From Octopus vulgaris (lineage: Eukaryota): a stretch of DNA of 64,000 bases. The translations under genes were made by a program, and so were the position numbers. This document shows positions 27,331 to 40,788 of this stretch, piece after piece. Where the stretch lies: assembly GCA_951406725.2 (NCBI GenBank), contig OX597821.1, positions 8,494,001-8,558,000 on the forward strand, given 5' to 3'. How positions within the stretch are numbered: the first letter of the stretch is position 1; each line of letters begins with the position of its first letter. A model generated the notes under the pieces. It saw nothing but the letters and a program-made list of their open reading frames with translations. It had not been told where the DNA came from and searched no databases.

Positions 27331-28033
27331 TAATAACAAGCTTTATCTCATGATACTGTTCCGAACCTGCACCATAATCTATAGACTTGGAAATACGATA
27401 CCTCGGAGTGTGATCTACTTTCGAATACATACTATGCTAATTACATGAAATTGTGCATGTATAGTATTAGTATATGTCTAGCAATCACTTACTATTGACT
27501 TCACGAAGTAGTCTGCATATGGTATGCAGCAAAATATATAAGTTCAAAACTTGGTCTGCAGAAAAATATGGTAGTATACAAGAATGTTGTTCTACAGACA
27601 GAACCAATCAATCCCGCAGAGAAACTGAGTTTTATTCATCATGTTAGCTTGAGGCTTTGTAAATCACCCGCTGGTTTGAAGAGAGAGTTATCTAAGAGAA
27701 CATCGGATGTACAACATTGAAGACAAATTGACTAGACAATGAATAATGAGACGTTGCTCATCCGAAAAAAAAGAAGCAAACATCAATTCCATATGCATGT
27801 ATGTATGTATGAATACATGAATGTGAGATGTACATATGTGTATATATATATATATGCTTACACACACACATAGCTAAGTATCTAAGTATACAGGGTATAT
27901 AATATTACACTTCACTGATTAGTTCCAACCAGTCCTCTGTTGTCAACAACTTACACATCTATAAATGCATGTAAATACAGATGCGTATGTACGTACATAT
28001 ATAGGTGCGTTTGTATGTCTGTGCATGAATAAT

Positions 28034-28064
<31 letters not shown>

Positions 28065-28453
28065 AGCACACACACAGACACACACACAAGCACACATGCA
28101 TACATATATCACTGCATCCTTAAATGTATGGATGCACGCTATGGTATACATATTTACGAGTTCGTGAGACTGACTGTGTATGGAGGCCCCTGTTGTGTAT
28201 AATAGATGCAGGTTTTATGTGGTCGTGTATCCTCTCTTGGGCTCTCTTTGTGTAGTTGGGTACGTCTGTCTCTTAGTTTGTCTATATGCTTACATACAGT
28301 TGTACACACGCACATTTATATATACACACATACACACACTCAAACATATACACACACATATAAATACATACATACATACATATATGTGTGTGTGTGTGTG
28401 TGTATTTGTAAGGATGTGTGTGGCTGGTTGAGTGTGCGAGTATGATGTAATTT

Positions 28454-28492
<39 letters not shown>

Positions 28493-28515
28493 ATACATAA
28501 ATATACATCTTTATA

Positions 28516-28548
<33 letters not shown>

Positions 28549-28550
28549 GT

Positions 28551-28782
28551 ATACCGGAGTAAACACATAAATGTGAAAGAAGGTGGAAAAAAGAGTACTC
28601 AAATACCAGTGGTAGAGTAATATGCTTTATTTTAAGCAGCAGAAAATTCAACAAAATCTGTTACTCTGAGTTTCTCGTTGCCGTTCATCAGACAGTTTTT
28701 GCTAGCAAAAACTGTCTGATGAACGGCAACGAGAAACTCAGAGTAACAGATTTCGTTGAATTTTCTGCTGCTTAAAATAAAG
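28551..28782. mobile_element. Penelope-like pLTR insert with a fold-back palindrome (arms 28625-28703 / 28704-28782)
   Basis: 79-bp arms, one mismatch, no spacer (centre GCTAGC); (TA)n on both sides; hammerhead in each arm. Confidence 0.75.
28712..28749 (+). ncRNA. Minimal type I hammerhead ribozyme (mirror copy on minus, 28658-28695)
   Basis: CTGT-CTGATGA-A-CG-GCAA-CG-A-GAA-ACTC-A-GAGT-A-ACAG: core, 2-bp stem II with GNRA loop, self-complementary stem III, GUA site. Confidence 0.7.
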
Positions 28783-28784
28783 TA

Positions 28785-28899
<115 letters not shown>

Positions 28900-28974
28900 A
28901 CATATATGTGTGTGTGTATATGTGTGTGTGTATGTATATATGTGGACGTATATCTGTATAGTGTATGTGTGTGT

Positions 28975-29005
<31 letters not shown>

Positions 29006-29117
29006 CGGTATATATATTTATACGGACATACACAATGGTCGAGGTATATAGCGCAAATGTATATGTATATTGTTCAACAAGTGCACTGCAACATATTAGA
29101 TCTCTTACAGTCCATTT

Positions 29118-29352
<235 letters not shown>

Positions 29353-29721
29353 GCCATCTTATTAACCTATATCCCTATCGGTCTCTCTCACGTTCTCCCA
29401 TTCTTACCTTTGCTTCTCCAACATTTTTATCTCTCCCTCTCTTTCACCTACTTCCCAATCCACCCCCCTCCACGCACACGTTTCTGTTGTATCGCTGATG
29501 TTGTGTACCACCTACATAGACCGAAGTCTGAAGGCGAAAGACACTTCATTACACGACTAAGTAAATGAACGCTGTACATTATTGCTCCCGCTTCGCTTCA
29601 TATTCACTTCTCATCTCGTTTCAAGAATAGTAATTAGACACAGCACAAGTTTAATAATGCCTCTAGCTGTTGGAATTGGTTATGTTAGACCACACTTCCT
29701 TCACATATCACTTTCGCATCA

Positions 29722-29763
<42 letters not shown>

Positions 29764-30153
29764 AGGTACAAACATGCCCAGAAATATATATATATGCGCA
29801 TGCGCATGCACTGGTTCGTAGTTGCAAATAACCATATACAAACGTACATGTGTGCGTGTATGTATGTATGTATGTATGTATGTATGTATGTATGTATGCA
29901 TGCATGTATGTATGTATGTATGTATGTATATATGTGTGTGTGTATGTATGTATGTATGTATGTATGAATGCATGCATGTATGTATGTACAGAAACGTGTG
30001 TGTGTTTATATATATATATATGTATATATATATACACGCATACACACATACACAAACACCCGCATACACACAGATATACATATCTATCTATCGATCTCTT
30101 TCTCTCTCTCTTTGCATATATGTATATATGCTATATATGTATGTATATATATG

Positions 30154-30232
<79 letters not shown>

Positions 30233-30435
30233 ACACACACACACTATACATACTCGTGCACTTATGTACATTCTCACACGTACAAAGAAGCACCCCCGCC
30301 ACACAACTCACGTTTATTTGCATACATGCGTTCGTACACAGACATTTGTACACCTAACACAGACTTTATTCCACATAAACATACACACACACACACTCAT
30401 GTTCGTATGTTTCTAGGGTGTGTATCTGAGTATTG

Positions 30436-30550
<115 letters not shown>

Positions 30551-30712
30551 TATTGATAAATAGATACGCGTGGCTATGTGGTAAATAGCTTGCTTACCAG
30601 TGACATGGTTCCGGGTTCAGTCCCATTCCGTGGCACCTTGGGCAAGTGTCTTCTAAAGCCAATCAAAGCCTTGTAAGTGGATTTGGTAGCTAGAAAGTGA
30701 AAGAAGCCTGTC

Positions 30713-30772
<60 letters not shown>

Positions 30773-30915
30773 GCGTATGTGCGTATGTATATATAAATAT
30801 ACACGTATGTGTGTATGTATATATATATATATATATATATATGCATATATGCATTTTTGTATTTATACGCAAGCACACACTCATATATTTGTATATATAT
30901 ATATGTATATATGTG

Positions 30916-30947
<32 letters not shown>

Positions 30948-30990
30948 AATATATATATGTAGGACACACATTCACTCACGTACGCACAAG

Positions 30991-31023
<33 letters not shown>

Positions 31024-31309
31024 GCACGCACGCACGCACGCACATACTCTGCTATGTCTTAACCACGCCTCATATTTATCTTACTGGTTATTGTAACCAT
31101 GCAAGTATGACACTATAATATCTTTGTGTTGTTCATCACACCTCGCAACTCTACTCGTGTTGTCTTCCTACTCGTTTTCATCTCTTTTCCGGTACCGTTT
31201 TCGTCTCTATTATGTTTCTCTTCCTTTCGCTTTCTCCTTCTCTTATCCCTCAATGTCTTTCATCTTTTCCTCGTTTCATTTATATTTCTTCATTGCCTAC
31301 AGGGTTCCA

Positions 31310-31512
31310 ATCGTAGAGGGCACAAACAAGGACAGACAAAGTGATTAGGTCGATTACATCGACCCCATTGCGTAACTGGTACTTATTCAATAGATCGCAA
31401 AAGGATGGAAGGCAAAGTCGACCACGGCGTAATTTGAACTCAGAACGTAACGGCAGACGAAATACTGCTAAGCATTTCGCCCAGCGTGCTAACGATCCTG
31501 CCAGCTCGCCGC
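31310..31512 (-). mobile_element. Meta(MESC)-domain SINE
   Basis: Reverse complement of the copy at 53823-54050. Confidence 0.75.
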
Positions 31513-31749
31513 GCTTCATTGCATGTAATTTGGCACCATGCTAAGGCACCGTCCTGAAGAATTTCAGTCGAACGAATGGACCCAAGTGGTTATTATGGTT
31601 TTGTAAAGCCTGGTATTCTATCCTACTCTTTTGCCGAACCAATAAGTTACGGGAGCGTAAAAACGCCGGCATCGGTTCTGAAGCAGAAGTGGGGGTTAAA
31701 CGCATACACAAAGCCCCCTCCTCACCACAGACCCACACACACATATTAC

Positions 31750-31787
<38 letters not shown>

Positions 31788-32237
31788 TTGTTAAAGTTAT
31801 TGAGAATAATTTAATTAAGGTAAGGTGAATTTGAAGTCTTATGGCCGTTTCTGGGATAAATCAAGTGGTTGGTTAGCATGTCTCTGCCCTGGGTTTAATG
31901 TATACATGATATAACGGAACTCCAACTCGGATCCCTAGATCCAGCATTAGCTATGATCTTGGAACATAATAGTCGACCAACTATAGCACTTACCCAGCGA
32001 GCTATTCGTTTAAATCAGAAATGGACTAACCTTCACCGTTGTTCGAAAAAATGTTCGTTTTCTATGTTTTTGTTTTTATGTTTTCGTAATATAAATAAAA
32101 CATCAAATGTTTTGGTGCGTGACTTTTTGGCCCTCTCCTATATATAGATAGAAATATAAATATAAATAAATATATATATACATATACATATATACATACT
32201 TACATACATATGTGTGGGTGCGTATGTGTATATATAT

Positions 32238-32359
32238 ATCACCGTGATCACCGTGACCGACCAGGCTATCAGATGTTGTTACATATCGCTGGTCACAATG
32301 TGCTTCGCATTGTCTTAGCCTTCAAATGACGCCACCCCGCTGGCTAAGCGAGCAGGCCA
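32238..32359 (-). mobile_element. Short retroposon 3' end
   Basis: GC-richer unique tract ending in an ATCACCGTG tandem repeat next to (TA)n; the family assignment is by recall. Confidence 0.4.
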
Positions 32360-32368
32360 GTATATATA

Positions 32369-33340
32369 CAAGGCACTGTGCTGGGCCCACTTCTTTTCAT
32401 CATTTACATTAATGACATTAATGACATCATCAAGCACAGCAACATAAAAATCTTTGCAGATGACTCCAAGCTACAGAAGGTCATAAATGAGGCGAGTGAC
32501 CGGACATGCCTTCAGTCAGATCTACTGGCTGTTATCCAATGGGCAGAAAAAAACAATATGCTGCTGAACGAGGATAAATTTGAGCTAATCCACTTTGGAA
32601 AAGAGGATGCCCTGAAACTCCCATACTCCCTTCCTTCAGGTGAAACTCTCGCGGCGTCCAACAACATCAGAGACTTGGGAGTAATTGTGGACAACAACGT
32701 AAGCTGGGCCACTCATATAAACACCAAAGTTGACATGGCCCGCAGAATGTGTTCCTGGATTCTCAGAACTTTCCAGTCGAGAGATATCCACACCATTATC
32801 CTTCTCTTCTCCACTTTTGCCCGACCCCACCTTGAATACTGTTGTCCACTGTGGTCTCCCCACACAATACAAGGTATCATAAAAGTTGAAGCACCTCAAA
32901 GGGCAATCACAAAAAAGATAGATGGCATGACAGGCCTCGACTATTGGGGTCGGCTAGAAAAGCTAAAACTCTATTCTCTCAAACGTCGTCGTGAGCGCTA
33001 CATCATCTACATGATGTGGAAAATATTCCATCAGCATTGCCCAAATGATGTTGGCATCACCTTTAAGGTACATCCAAGGCTTGGGCCCCGTGCCATCCGC
33101 CCAAAACAAAAATCGCACTCTCATCTCATAACAACAATACGGCACAATTATTTCACCTCAATTGGCCCCGCTCTCTTTAACATTACACCAAAACACATTA
33201 AAACAGAAACTGACCCTATAGGGTTCAAGAAGTCTTTGGACAGATTCCTTCAAGAAATCCCGGATAAACCCCCTACACCTGGATATGTCTCTGTAAACAA
33301 TAACTCTCTACTTGAGTGGGCCATAGTGCCCAAATTCTGA
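32369..33340 (+). CDS. Reverse transcriptase C-terminal half of LINE ORF2 (partial)
   Basis: Uninterrupted frame with GPLLFIIYIND, IFADDSKL, RDLGVIVD, RPHLEYCCPLWSP and RLEKLKLYSLKRRRER. Confidence 0.9.
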   Translation, partial: QGTVLGPLLFIIYINDINDIIKHSNIKIFADDSKLQKVINEASDRTCLQSDLLAVIQWAEKNNMLLNEDKFELIHFGKEDALKLPYSLPSGETLAASNNIRDLGVIVDNNVSWATHINTKVDMARRMCSWILRTFQSRDIHTIILLFSTFARPHLEYCCPLWSPHTIQGIIKVEAPQRAITKKIDGMTGLDYWGRLEKLKLYSLKRRRERYIIYMMWKIFHQHCPNDVGITFKVHPRLGPRAIRPKQKSHSHLITTIRHNYFTSIGPALFNITPKHIKTETDPIGFKKSLDRFLQEIPDKPPTPGYVSVNNNSLLEWAIVPKF

Positions 33341-33430
33341 CTTGAAAGACTTCACCAGGTGGTGCTATTAAGTTAGACATGGCCTGGGCCAATAATGGCC
33401 GAAACCTATCAAAGTATCAAAGTATCAAAG
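32369..33430 (+). mobile_element. 5'-truncated CR1-group LINE
   Basis: Starts at QGTVLGPLLF; short 3' UTR with GGCCA-ATAA-TGGCC hairpin and (TATCAAAG)3 tail; AGTATATATA on both flanks (possible TSD). Confidence 0.9.
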
Positions 33431-33446
33431 TATATATATATACATA

Positions 33447-33842
33447 GGCGCAGGAGTGGCTGTGTTGTAAGAAGCTTGCTTCCTAACCACATGCTCCCAG
33501 ATTCAGTCACATTGCGTGGCACCTTGGGCAAGTGTTTTCTACTAAAGCCTCGGGCCGACTAAAGCCTTGTGAGTGGATTTGGTAGACGGAAACTGAAAGA
33601 ATCCCATCGTATATGCATATGTATGTATTTATGTGTGCATATGTGCGTGCGTGTTTGTTTGCGTCTGTATTTGTCCCCCACCACCATCGGTGCTGGTGTG
33701 TTTACATCACTGTAACTAGCGGTTCGGCATAAGAGATCGATAGAGTAGGTACCAGGCTTTAAAAAACTAATACTGGGGTCGGTACATTCGACTAAAATTT
33801 CAAGGCTGTCGTAGTCAAATGACTGAAACAAGTAAAAGATAA
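33447..33842 (+). mobile_element. SINE copy
   Basis: Family head and tail motifs present. Confidence 0.85.
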
Positions 33843-34058
33843 ACGATAACCGAAAGAATCTCATCGTTTTTTCCTGTTAAATCCCTACATTTTTTCTCTC
33901 TCCGTCTTTTTGGTTCTCCCTCCATTTTCCCTCTCATCTCTTTCTGTCAAAGACTGTTCCATTCATCCAACTAATACACCTGCTTGTTGTTCCCTCACCT
34001 GTCTTTCTCTTTTGTTTTCTGTAAATTTGAACCATATATGTGTGTGTGTGCATGTGTC

Positions 34059-34107
<49 letters not shown>

Positions 34108-34399
34108 TGAAGCATGTGTATATACGTTTTCAAGCATGCACATACGCATATGTGTATGTAGGTTCAGTGCCTCAGAGTAACGAGATTCATCCCATTTCGG
34201 AAAGTTTCAGAAGTAAGTAACGATAGTGAAATGGCGATTGTAGGTGGCTTTTGGCTTGCAGCACTTTGTTTGGTGTGTGGTGTAGAGATGCAAAGATGAT
34301 TTTCTTCAGAGAAACAAACAGCTTCAAAGAATTTCCACAAAGATCGATGAAGAATAAAACAAAAAAATTCTGCTAATAATAATTTTTTCAAACTCTGAA

Positions 34400-34980
34400 T
34401 AGAATAATATGTCGCAGAATGTTCTTATTTTTTTTATGCCATTTCGAAATATGTTTATTTCTAGAATCCAAAGAAAACATATAGAATTTGCCACAGCTCG
34501 CAAGAATACGATTCAGGTTTTCCAAAATATGGTTTTGCATTTCTACCACTGATAATAAAATCTTAAGTTTTGTGATATCTTCATTTTCTTTAGTTTCCAG
34601 ACGTTGAGTGAGAGGGTGGCACAATTTTGGCACAATTGCGTTGGCATTTGGTTATGTGACAGAAGTTTGTTTGTGGAATTTCATCGGTTGATACTAGAAA
34701 TTTGATTCTATGAGGTTTTTTCTACTGATAAGTCTGTTCTTCAGAGAGTTCTTGTTAAAGATTTTCTTGTATGTGAAACCAGCTAGAAAGTATCTCTGTA
34801 AAAGCTTCCAGAAAGCTCTTGCAACTATGGCTGTCACATCCAGGAATGGTGTAGGGTGAAATAATGTTGGTGGTGTTATGCCTGAGTATTTATGTATGGA
34901 TTTTGATGCATTACGTACTGAGATGCATTTGATTTTCCTCTGGACACCACTGTCTTTTAAGGAATTGTTGTAGCAAGGGA
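34400..34980 (-). pseudogene. Decayed Penelope-like (Neptune-type) ORF fragment, RT thumb/linker region
   Basis: Minus frame LFHPTPFLDVTAIVARAFWKLLQRYFLAGFTYKKIFNKNSLK resembles the WFNPP...FLxLIDKHF...KIFNRNxVK motif upstream of the GIY-YIG domain. Boundaries approximate. Confidence 0.55.
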
Positions 34981-35481
34981 ATGCATGTTTAAAAACATCT
35001 TCATTTAATGAAATTATTGAAATACAATGACAAATGTTAACTAAATTACTGACGACTAAGAAAACCTATTGATAAATATCAATTTTTAATTTAATTTTCT
35101 ATAAAGGCAATGTGATGACACCTAATGCAATATCTAAAACACTATACCAATGTCGCTACGCATTATTATTCCGATTCTAAATGCATCAGTAAGGTTATTT
35201 CTGAGCCTATAAAGCTGACAACTGATAATAAGGCGTGAAATTAACAGATCATCCTCTTTATACTTTTCCGCAAAGGAAAATTCATAGTTTAACCGATATC
35301 ACAATAATCAAGGCTTAAATATGTTTGTTAACTACACCTAATTCTCTCTCTTCCATATTAATGATCCTACACTTGGGATCAAGAAGAAGTTTATCCTTGT
35401 GGTCTTTAAATTCAAGGTGGAGCTTAGTATTCGGTTTTGTTCTTTTATTCGATGTTTTGGAACTAATGTTTGGGCTTAACT

Positions 35482-36625
35482 TTTATCTTTTACTTGTTTC
35501 ACTCATTACACTGCAGCCATGCCGCGGCATCAACTTGAAGAATTTTTAGTCAAACGAATGAATCGATCCCAGTACTTTTTCTTTCTAAGTCATGGTACTT
35601 ATTGTATCGGTTTCTTTTGCCCAACTACTAAGTTACGGTGACATTTCCAAGCCAACACTTGTTGTCAAGCAGTGGTGGGGGACAATCACAGACAACAAAA
35701 GCAGACAGACAGACACACAAGCACACACATATATATATATACAGGGTGTCCCAAAAGTCACTGATGGGTTTCGATTTTTAATAACTTCCTTAACTTTACA
35801 AATAAATGCATAAAAATTTGATACAATATAAAGGACATAATGGAAATTAATATGCACAAGTCAAATTTTGCAACGCCACTACATCACATATGAAAAATGA
35901 CATCGCACAAATGGTAGCCATTTTCGGCTTCGCACGCTCGTGCTCTTTTCAAAACTTGCACCATAACACCCTCAAGAGTTTCAGACCCCACTGATTTCTC
36001 TATTGATATTCTCCTTCAGTTGCACCAGGATCTTTGGTTTGTTGACGTAATTGCTGACGTAAGACCTCTCTTTCAGGTATCCCCACAAGAAAAAATCCGG
36101 GCTAGTCACGTCTGGGGAACGTGAAGGCCAGTTGATATTGCCGTAGCGGGAGATTGTTCTCTACCGAAAGTACTGCCGTCGCAACTGCATTGTTTCTCTT
36201 GTGGTATGAGAAGTTTCCCCATCTTGCAGTAATCATATGTGATGTCTACATATGTTCAAATTTACAGAAAACAAAAGAGGAAGACAGATGAGGAGACAAC
36301 AAGCAGGTATATTCGTTTGACACTCGGGATGAATGGAAAAGTCTTGGACGTTTCGGGCCTACGCTCTTCGACAGAAAGGGATGAGAGGTAAAAAATGGAG
36401 AGAGAACCAAAAAACGAAGAAAGAAAAATATGTAGGGATTAACTGTTTAACGCGATGAAAACATCGATGGGATTCCTTTAGGTTTCGTCAACCAAATCCT
36501 TTCACAAGCCTTTGGTCGGACCAAGTCCACATTAGAAGGCGCTTTCCCAGTGGCCAAGCAGAGGACTGAACACAGAACCATGTGATTGGGAAGCAAACTT
36601 TTTACTACACTGTCACTCCTGCGCC
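35482..36625 (-). mobile_element. SINE split at its internal microsatellite (3' half 35482-35740, 5' half 36470-36625)
   Basis: Both halves are collinear and in the same orientation, with nested elements between them. Confidence 0.65.
35742..36245 (-). mobile_element. Tc1/mariner DD37D/DD41D-type transposon 3' fragment
   Basis: TA-CAGGGTGTCCCAAAAGT TIR; LQDGETSHTT..NWPSRSPDVTSPDFFLWGYLKER. Confidence 0.85.
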
Positions 36626-37362
36626 TGATAGGTGGTAGTCTTTGTTTCACAGTATGTATTTGTAATGTTATATGAAAATAGTTTCGAATATGTCGATATG
36701 TCAGAGATTTTGACATGTCGGATTGCAAAAATACTTTCCAAGAAATGTTATGAGCTCTTGTACTATTTTTTAAAATGCTTTTAGAAGATGTTCAAGTGAG
36801 CACAAAATCATATTTTTCTTATCTCAAATAACTCACTCTCAATATCGTTCACTAGTTTATTACACGGGGCATAATTTCATGTTATAAAACCATAACGTTG
36901 GGTCAATGTCAGCATCAGCTGAATTGTCAAAGAAATACCATTTCTAGCGCATCCTTTTTATCAGACTTTTTGTACGTTCATTTAAATGATTTACCGTTCC
37001 TCAGTAAACAGGGAACTGGGTGTTGACAAATGTTCAGTTAAAAGCTTGCACAGGGTGCTTGACAATAAATGAACAGGGTCTTGTGGCTAGAATCTTACAC
37101 TCAGGATTGCGAGATCGTGGTTTCAGTTTCTGTACCGGGTGTTGTGTTGTGTTTTTGAGCACAACACTTCATCTGACGTTGCTCTACGATCATTTCGACA
37201 CCTGACGTGTGAAACACCGAGCACATGTTCGGGCAGCGTCGATTTCATGGAGGGAGTGAGTGAGCTAATCTACAGTACACGCATTTAATCACTATAAACA
37301 AATCATTTGTGCAGGGAGATCAGCAAAAATTGAAAACACATACGTTGTGTTCGACGGGAGAA

Positions 37363-37393
<31 letters not shown>

Positions 37394-37529
37394 CCATTTC
37401 TTTCTCTCTCTCTCTCTCGACACACACACACACACGCACGCACACACACACACACACACGCACACACACACGCACACACACACACACACACACATTTACA
37501 CGCACATATCAATTTTTTTTTTGGAATAT

Positions 37530-38429
37530 CTCGAAGAAAACACAAAAAATGCGGACTAGTTCTGTAACACGCAACAGATGGCAGCACACGATTGCATGCA
37601 CAGTAAGATCTTACAGTGGCCTTCATGCGGCAGTGTTCCGTGTGATATCGCTGTGTTTACTTTCCAAGTTGTGAAATTTGTGTTTTAATGATCACGTGTA
37701 TGCTATAGTCTGCGATTTTTGCCATGGACAGGGAGTTGGAACAAAGAGCTAACGTGAAATTTTGCACTAATCCTGGGAAGTTTGTTACAGATACACTGAG
37801 CATGCTTCGGTCAGCGTACGGCGACGAGGCAATGGGCCGAAGCAATGTTTCGAGTGGCACAGGCGCTTCAAAAGCGGAAGAACGTCGCTGGAAGACGATA
37901 AGCGATCTGGAGACCTACGACGAGAGTCACCTCCAGAAAATTGGAGAAAATTCACCAGTTTGTGCATGAGGATCGACGGAGGACAATCAATGATGCTTTG
38001 AAGCGTTTGAAGGAAGAATTCGGATCTGTAGAGCGCGAAGAATTGGATTCTTCACGATGACAACCGACATTGTAATCGAATTCCCCTCACTCATGAGTTT
38101 CTCGCCAAAAACAACATCTTATCACTCCCGCATCCACTCTATCCGCCAGATTCACCAGCTGCGGATATCCAACTCTTTCCCAGGATGAAAATCAGCTCAG
38201 AGGTCGTCATTTTAACACTATGAGGTCGAGATCAAGAACGACTCGCAGAATGTCCTCTACTCGCTTACGGAAACGAACTCCAGGCCGGATTCCAAAAGTG
38301 GTAGGAATGGTGGGACAGGTATATTGGTGTGCAAAGTGACTATTTCGAAGGAGGTGATGTTAAAACTTTGGTAAATAAGTTATTTTTTATTAAACATAAC
38401 TAGACCGGGTACTTTTTGATAACACCTCG
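37530..38429 (+). mobile_element. Decayed mariner transposon
   Basis: MDRELEQRANVKFC..CFEWHRRFKSGRTSLEDD, WILHDD, HPLYPPD, GDYFEG-like end; 3' TIR TACTTTTTGATAACACCTCG-TA. Confidence 0.9.
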
Positions 38430-38573
38430 TATAAATGATTGCATTTAAATAAGGGGTTGAAAATCCCTTTTGAACACAAAAAGTTTAAGGCTACACGTGG
38501 GAGTTCGAATATTTACATGCCGTTATTTATAGCCTTATGTGTGTGTTTCAAGATATTCCTTCCCGCAAAAAAG

Positions 38574-38652
<79 letters not shown>

Positions 38653-38906
38653 GAGAGAGATAGAGATAGATAGATAGACAGATAGATAGATAAGTAATGT
38701 AAAAGGGATTAATAAATACTCGTAGATATCTATAAGACATTCAATGTTAACTGAATTCGATTGACTATATCAAACAATCAAATACCAATATATTTAAGTA
38801 GAATTAACGTCCAAGGTAATTCCTCGTGTATGATAAGCAAATCTATACATTCGTCCGACCGTCTGTTTGTATGTAAGGTTGGATTTATACATACATACAT
38901 GAATAC

Positions 38907-38940
<34 letters not shown>

Positions 38941-39115
38941 GTATGTATGTATGTATGTATATAAACACACACACACATATATATATATATATTCAGATAT
39001 GCACTTTGGTTAGCCTGAGGCTATAGTAAAAGACACTTGACTGAATCCGGAACCACGTGATTAGGACGCAAGTTTCTTACCACATAACCACGCCTGCGAC
39101 TATATATAAGTAGTT

Positions 39116-39164
<49 letters not shown>

Positions 39165-39621
39165 TCAGCATGGCCGCAGCTCTGAGCTGAAACTAGAAAA
39201 AAAAAACAAAAAACAATATGTGCGCGTAGCTCTCGCGTTACGGCTACCTAAACTTACGAAATTTTGCACTCACGGAAATTGTAAAGTATGACTGCTCTTT
39301 TTAAAGAATGGCTTGTAATTTCGGCCTTACAGAAACTCGGATGATTTTTAACAATTTTAAAACTACATTTTCTTCTCAGCCGCTCCTTGATGTTTTAGCT
39401 AAGATCAAAGTATAGTTAACAATTTTTAAAAAATGGAAAAACTATTACCACGATACTACAGACGCACAAACACTCATACACGTACATGCACACACTTACC
39501 TATGTATATGAATGTGTGTGAATGTAAGTGCTTGCGTATAAGTCACTGTAAATACTTGCAAAATGGTGTTGTAACTTTTCACTAGGAATATATGTTTGCG
39601 TATAATTCTGGTCTGAATGCG

Positions 39622-39814
<193 letters not shown>

Positions 39815-39855
39815 CCTACCTACCTACCTACCTACCTACCTACCTACCTACCTAC

Positions 39856-39898
<43 letters not shown>

Positions 39899-40788
39899 CC
39901 TGTCTATCTATCTATTGCTATCTCTCTCTCTATATAAATCAACCTTTACTACCACTCATATTTCTGAGCCACACCAACTCACCCATCATGACATCAAAAC
40001 CAATAAAACCACTGCTATTACCAACCCAACAACTACTTAATGATCAACAACAGCAACCACAAGAACAACACAACATCACGAAGAAGATAAGCAACTCCGT
40101 CCAAAATAAAATGAGAAGCACATGAGATAATGAGATACCCAAGTCTATTTTAAAGTTGAATGAAATGTCTTTCATCTTAGATCAATGAGGATTGACTTGA
40201 GACTAAACAAGAACAACAATACAGTTAATAAGAACATTATGACTACTGCCAAACCAACAATGCCTCCACCATCACCATCAACTCTATCATCAATACCAAA
40301 ACTGATACAGCCAACATTCCACCAGTATCATCTTAGCAAGTTTTGATTAACTAACGAACGCAACAATAACAATATCTGCTTGATAGCAACGTCCATAGCT
40401 AGATATGTTTTTTTGTTAACACAACAGAGTTTGTGTGAATATGTGTGTGTGTGTGTGCATGAGAGAGACAGAGAGAGGCGAAAGAGTGAGAGAAAGGGTG
40501 AGGGAGGGAACAGGGTATGGGATTTTTATGGTATATGTGAGAGGTCTAATAGGCCAAGTGCTCATCAGCCTAGTATCTCTTCAACTAACCTGCATTCATT
40601 CTGCCCACTTCACTCCTTCACCCTTTCATGTTCTCTTTTCCATTCTTACATTCATAGAAATAAAACTGTTTTCTTTTTGCGCTCACAAAACTGTTCTTTC
40701 CTTATGCTATAACTTAATAGCCTATATTACATATTTGTTGTGGATAATTGTCGATCACCACCACTGTTAGATTTATTTACAGTTTAAG

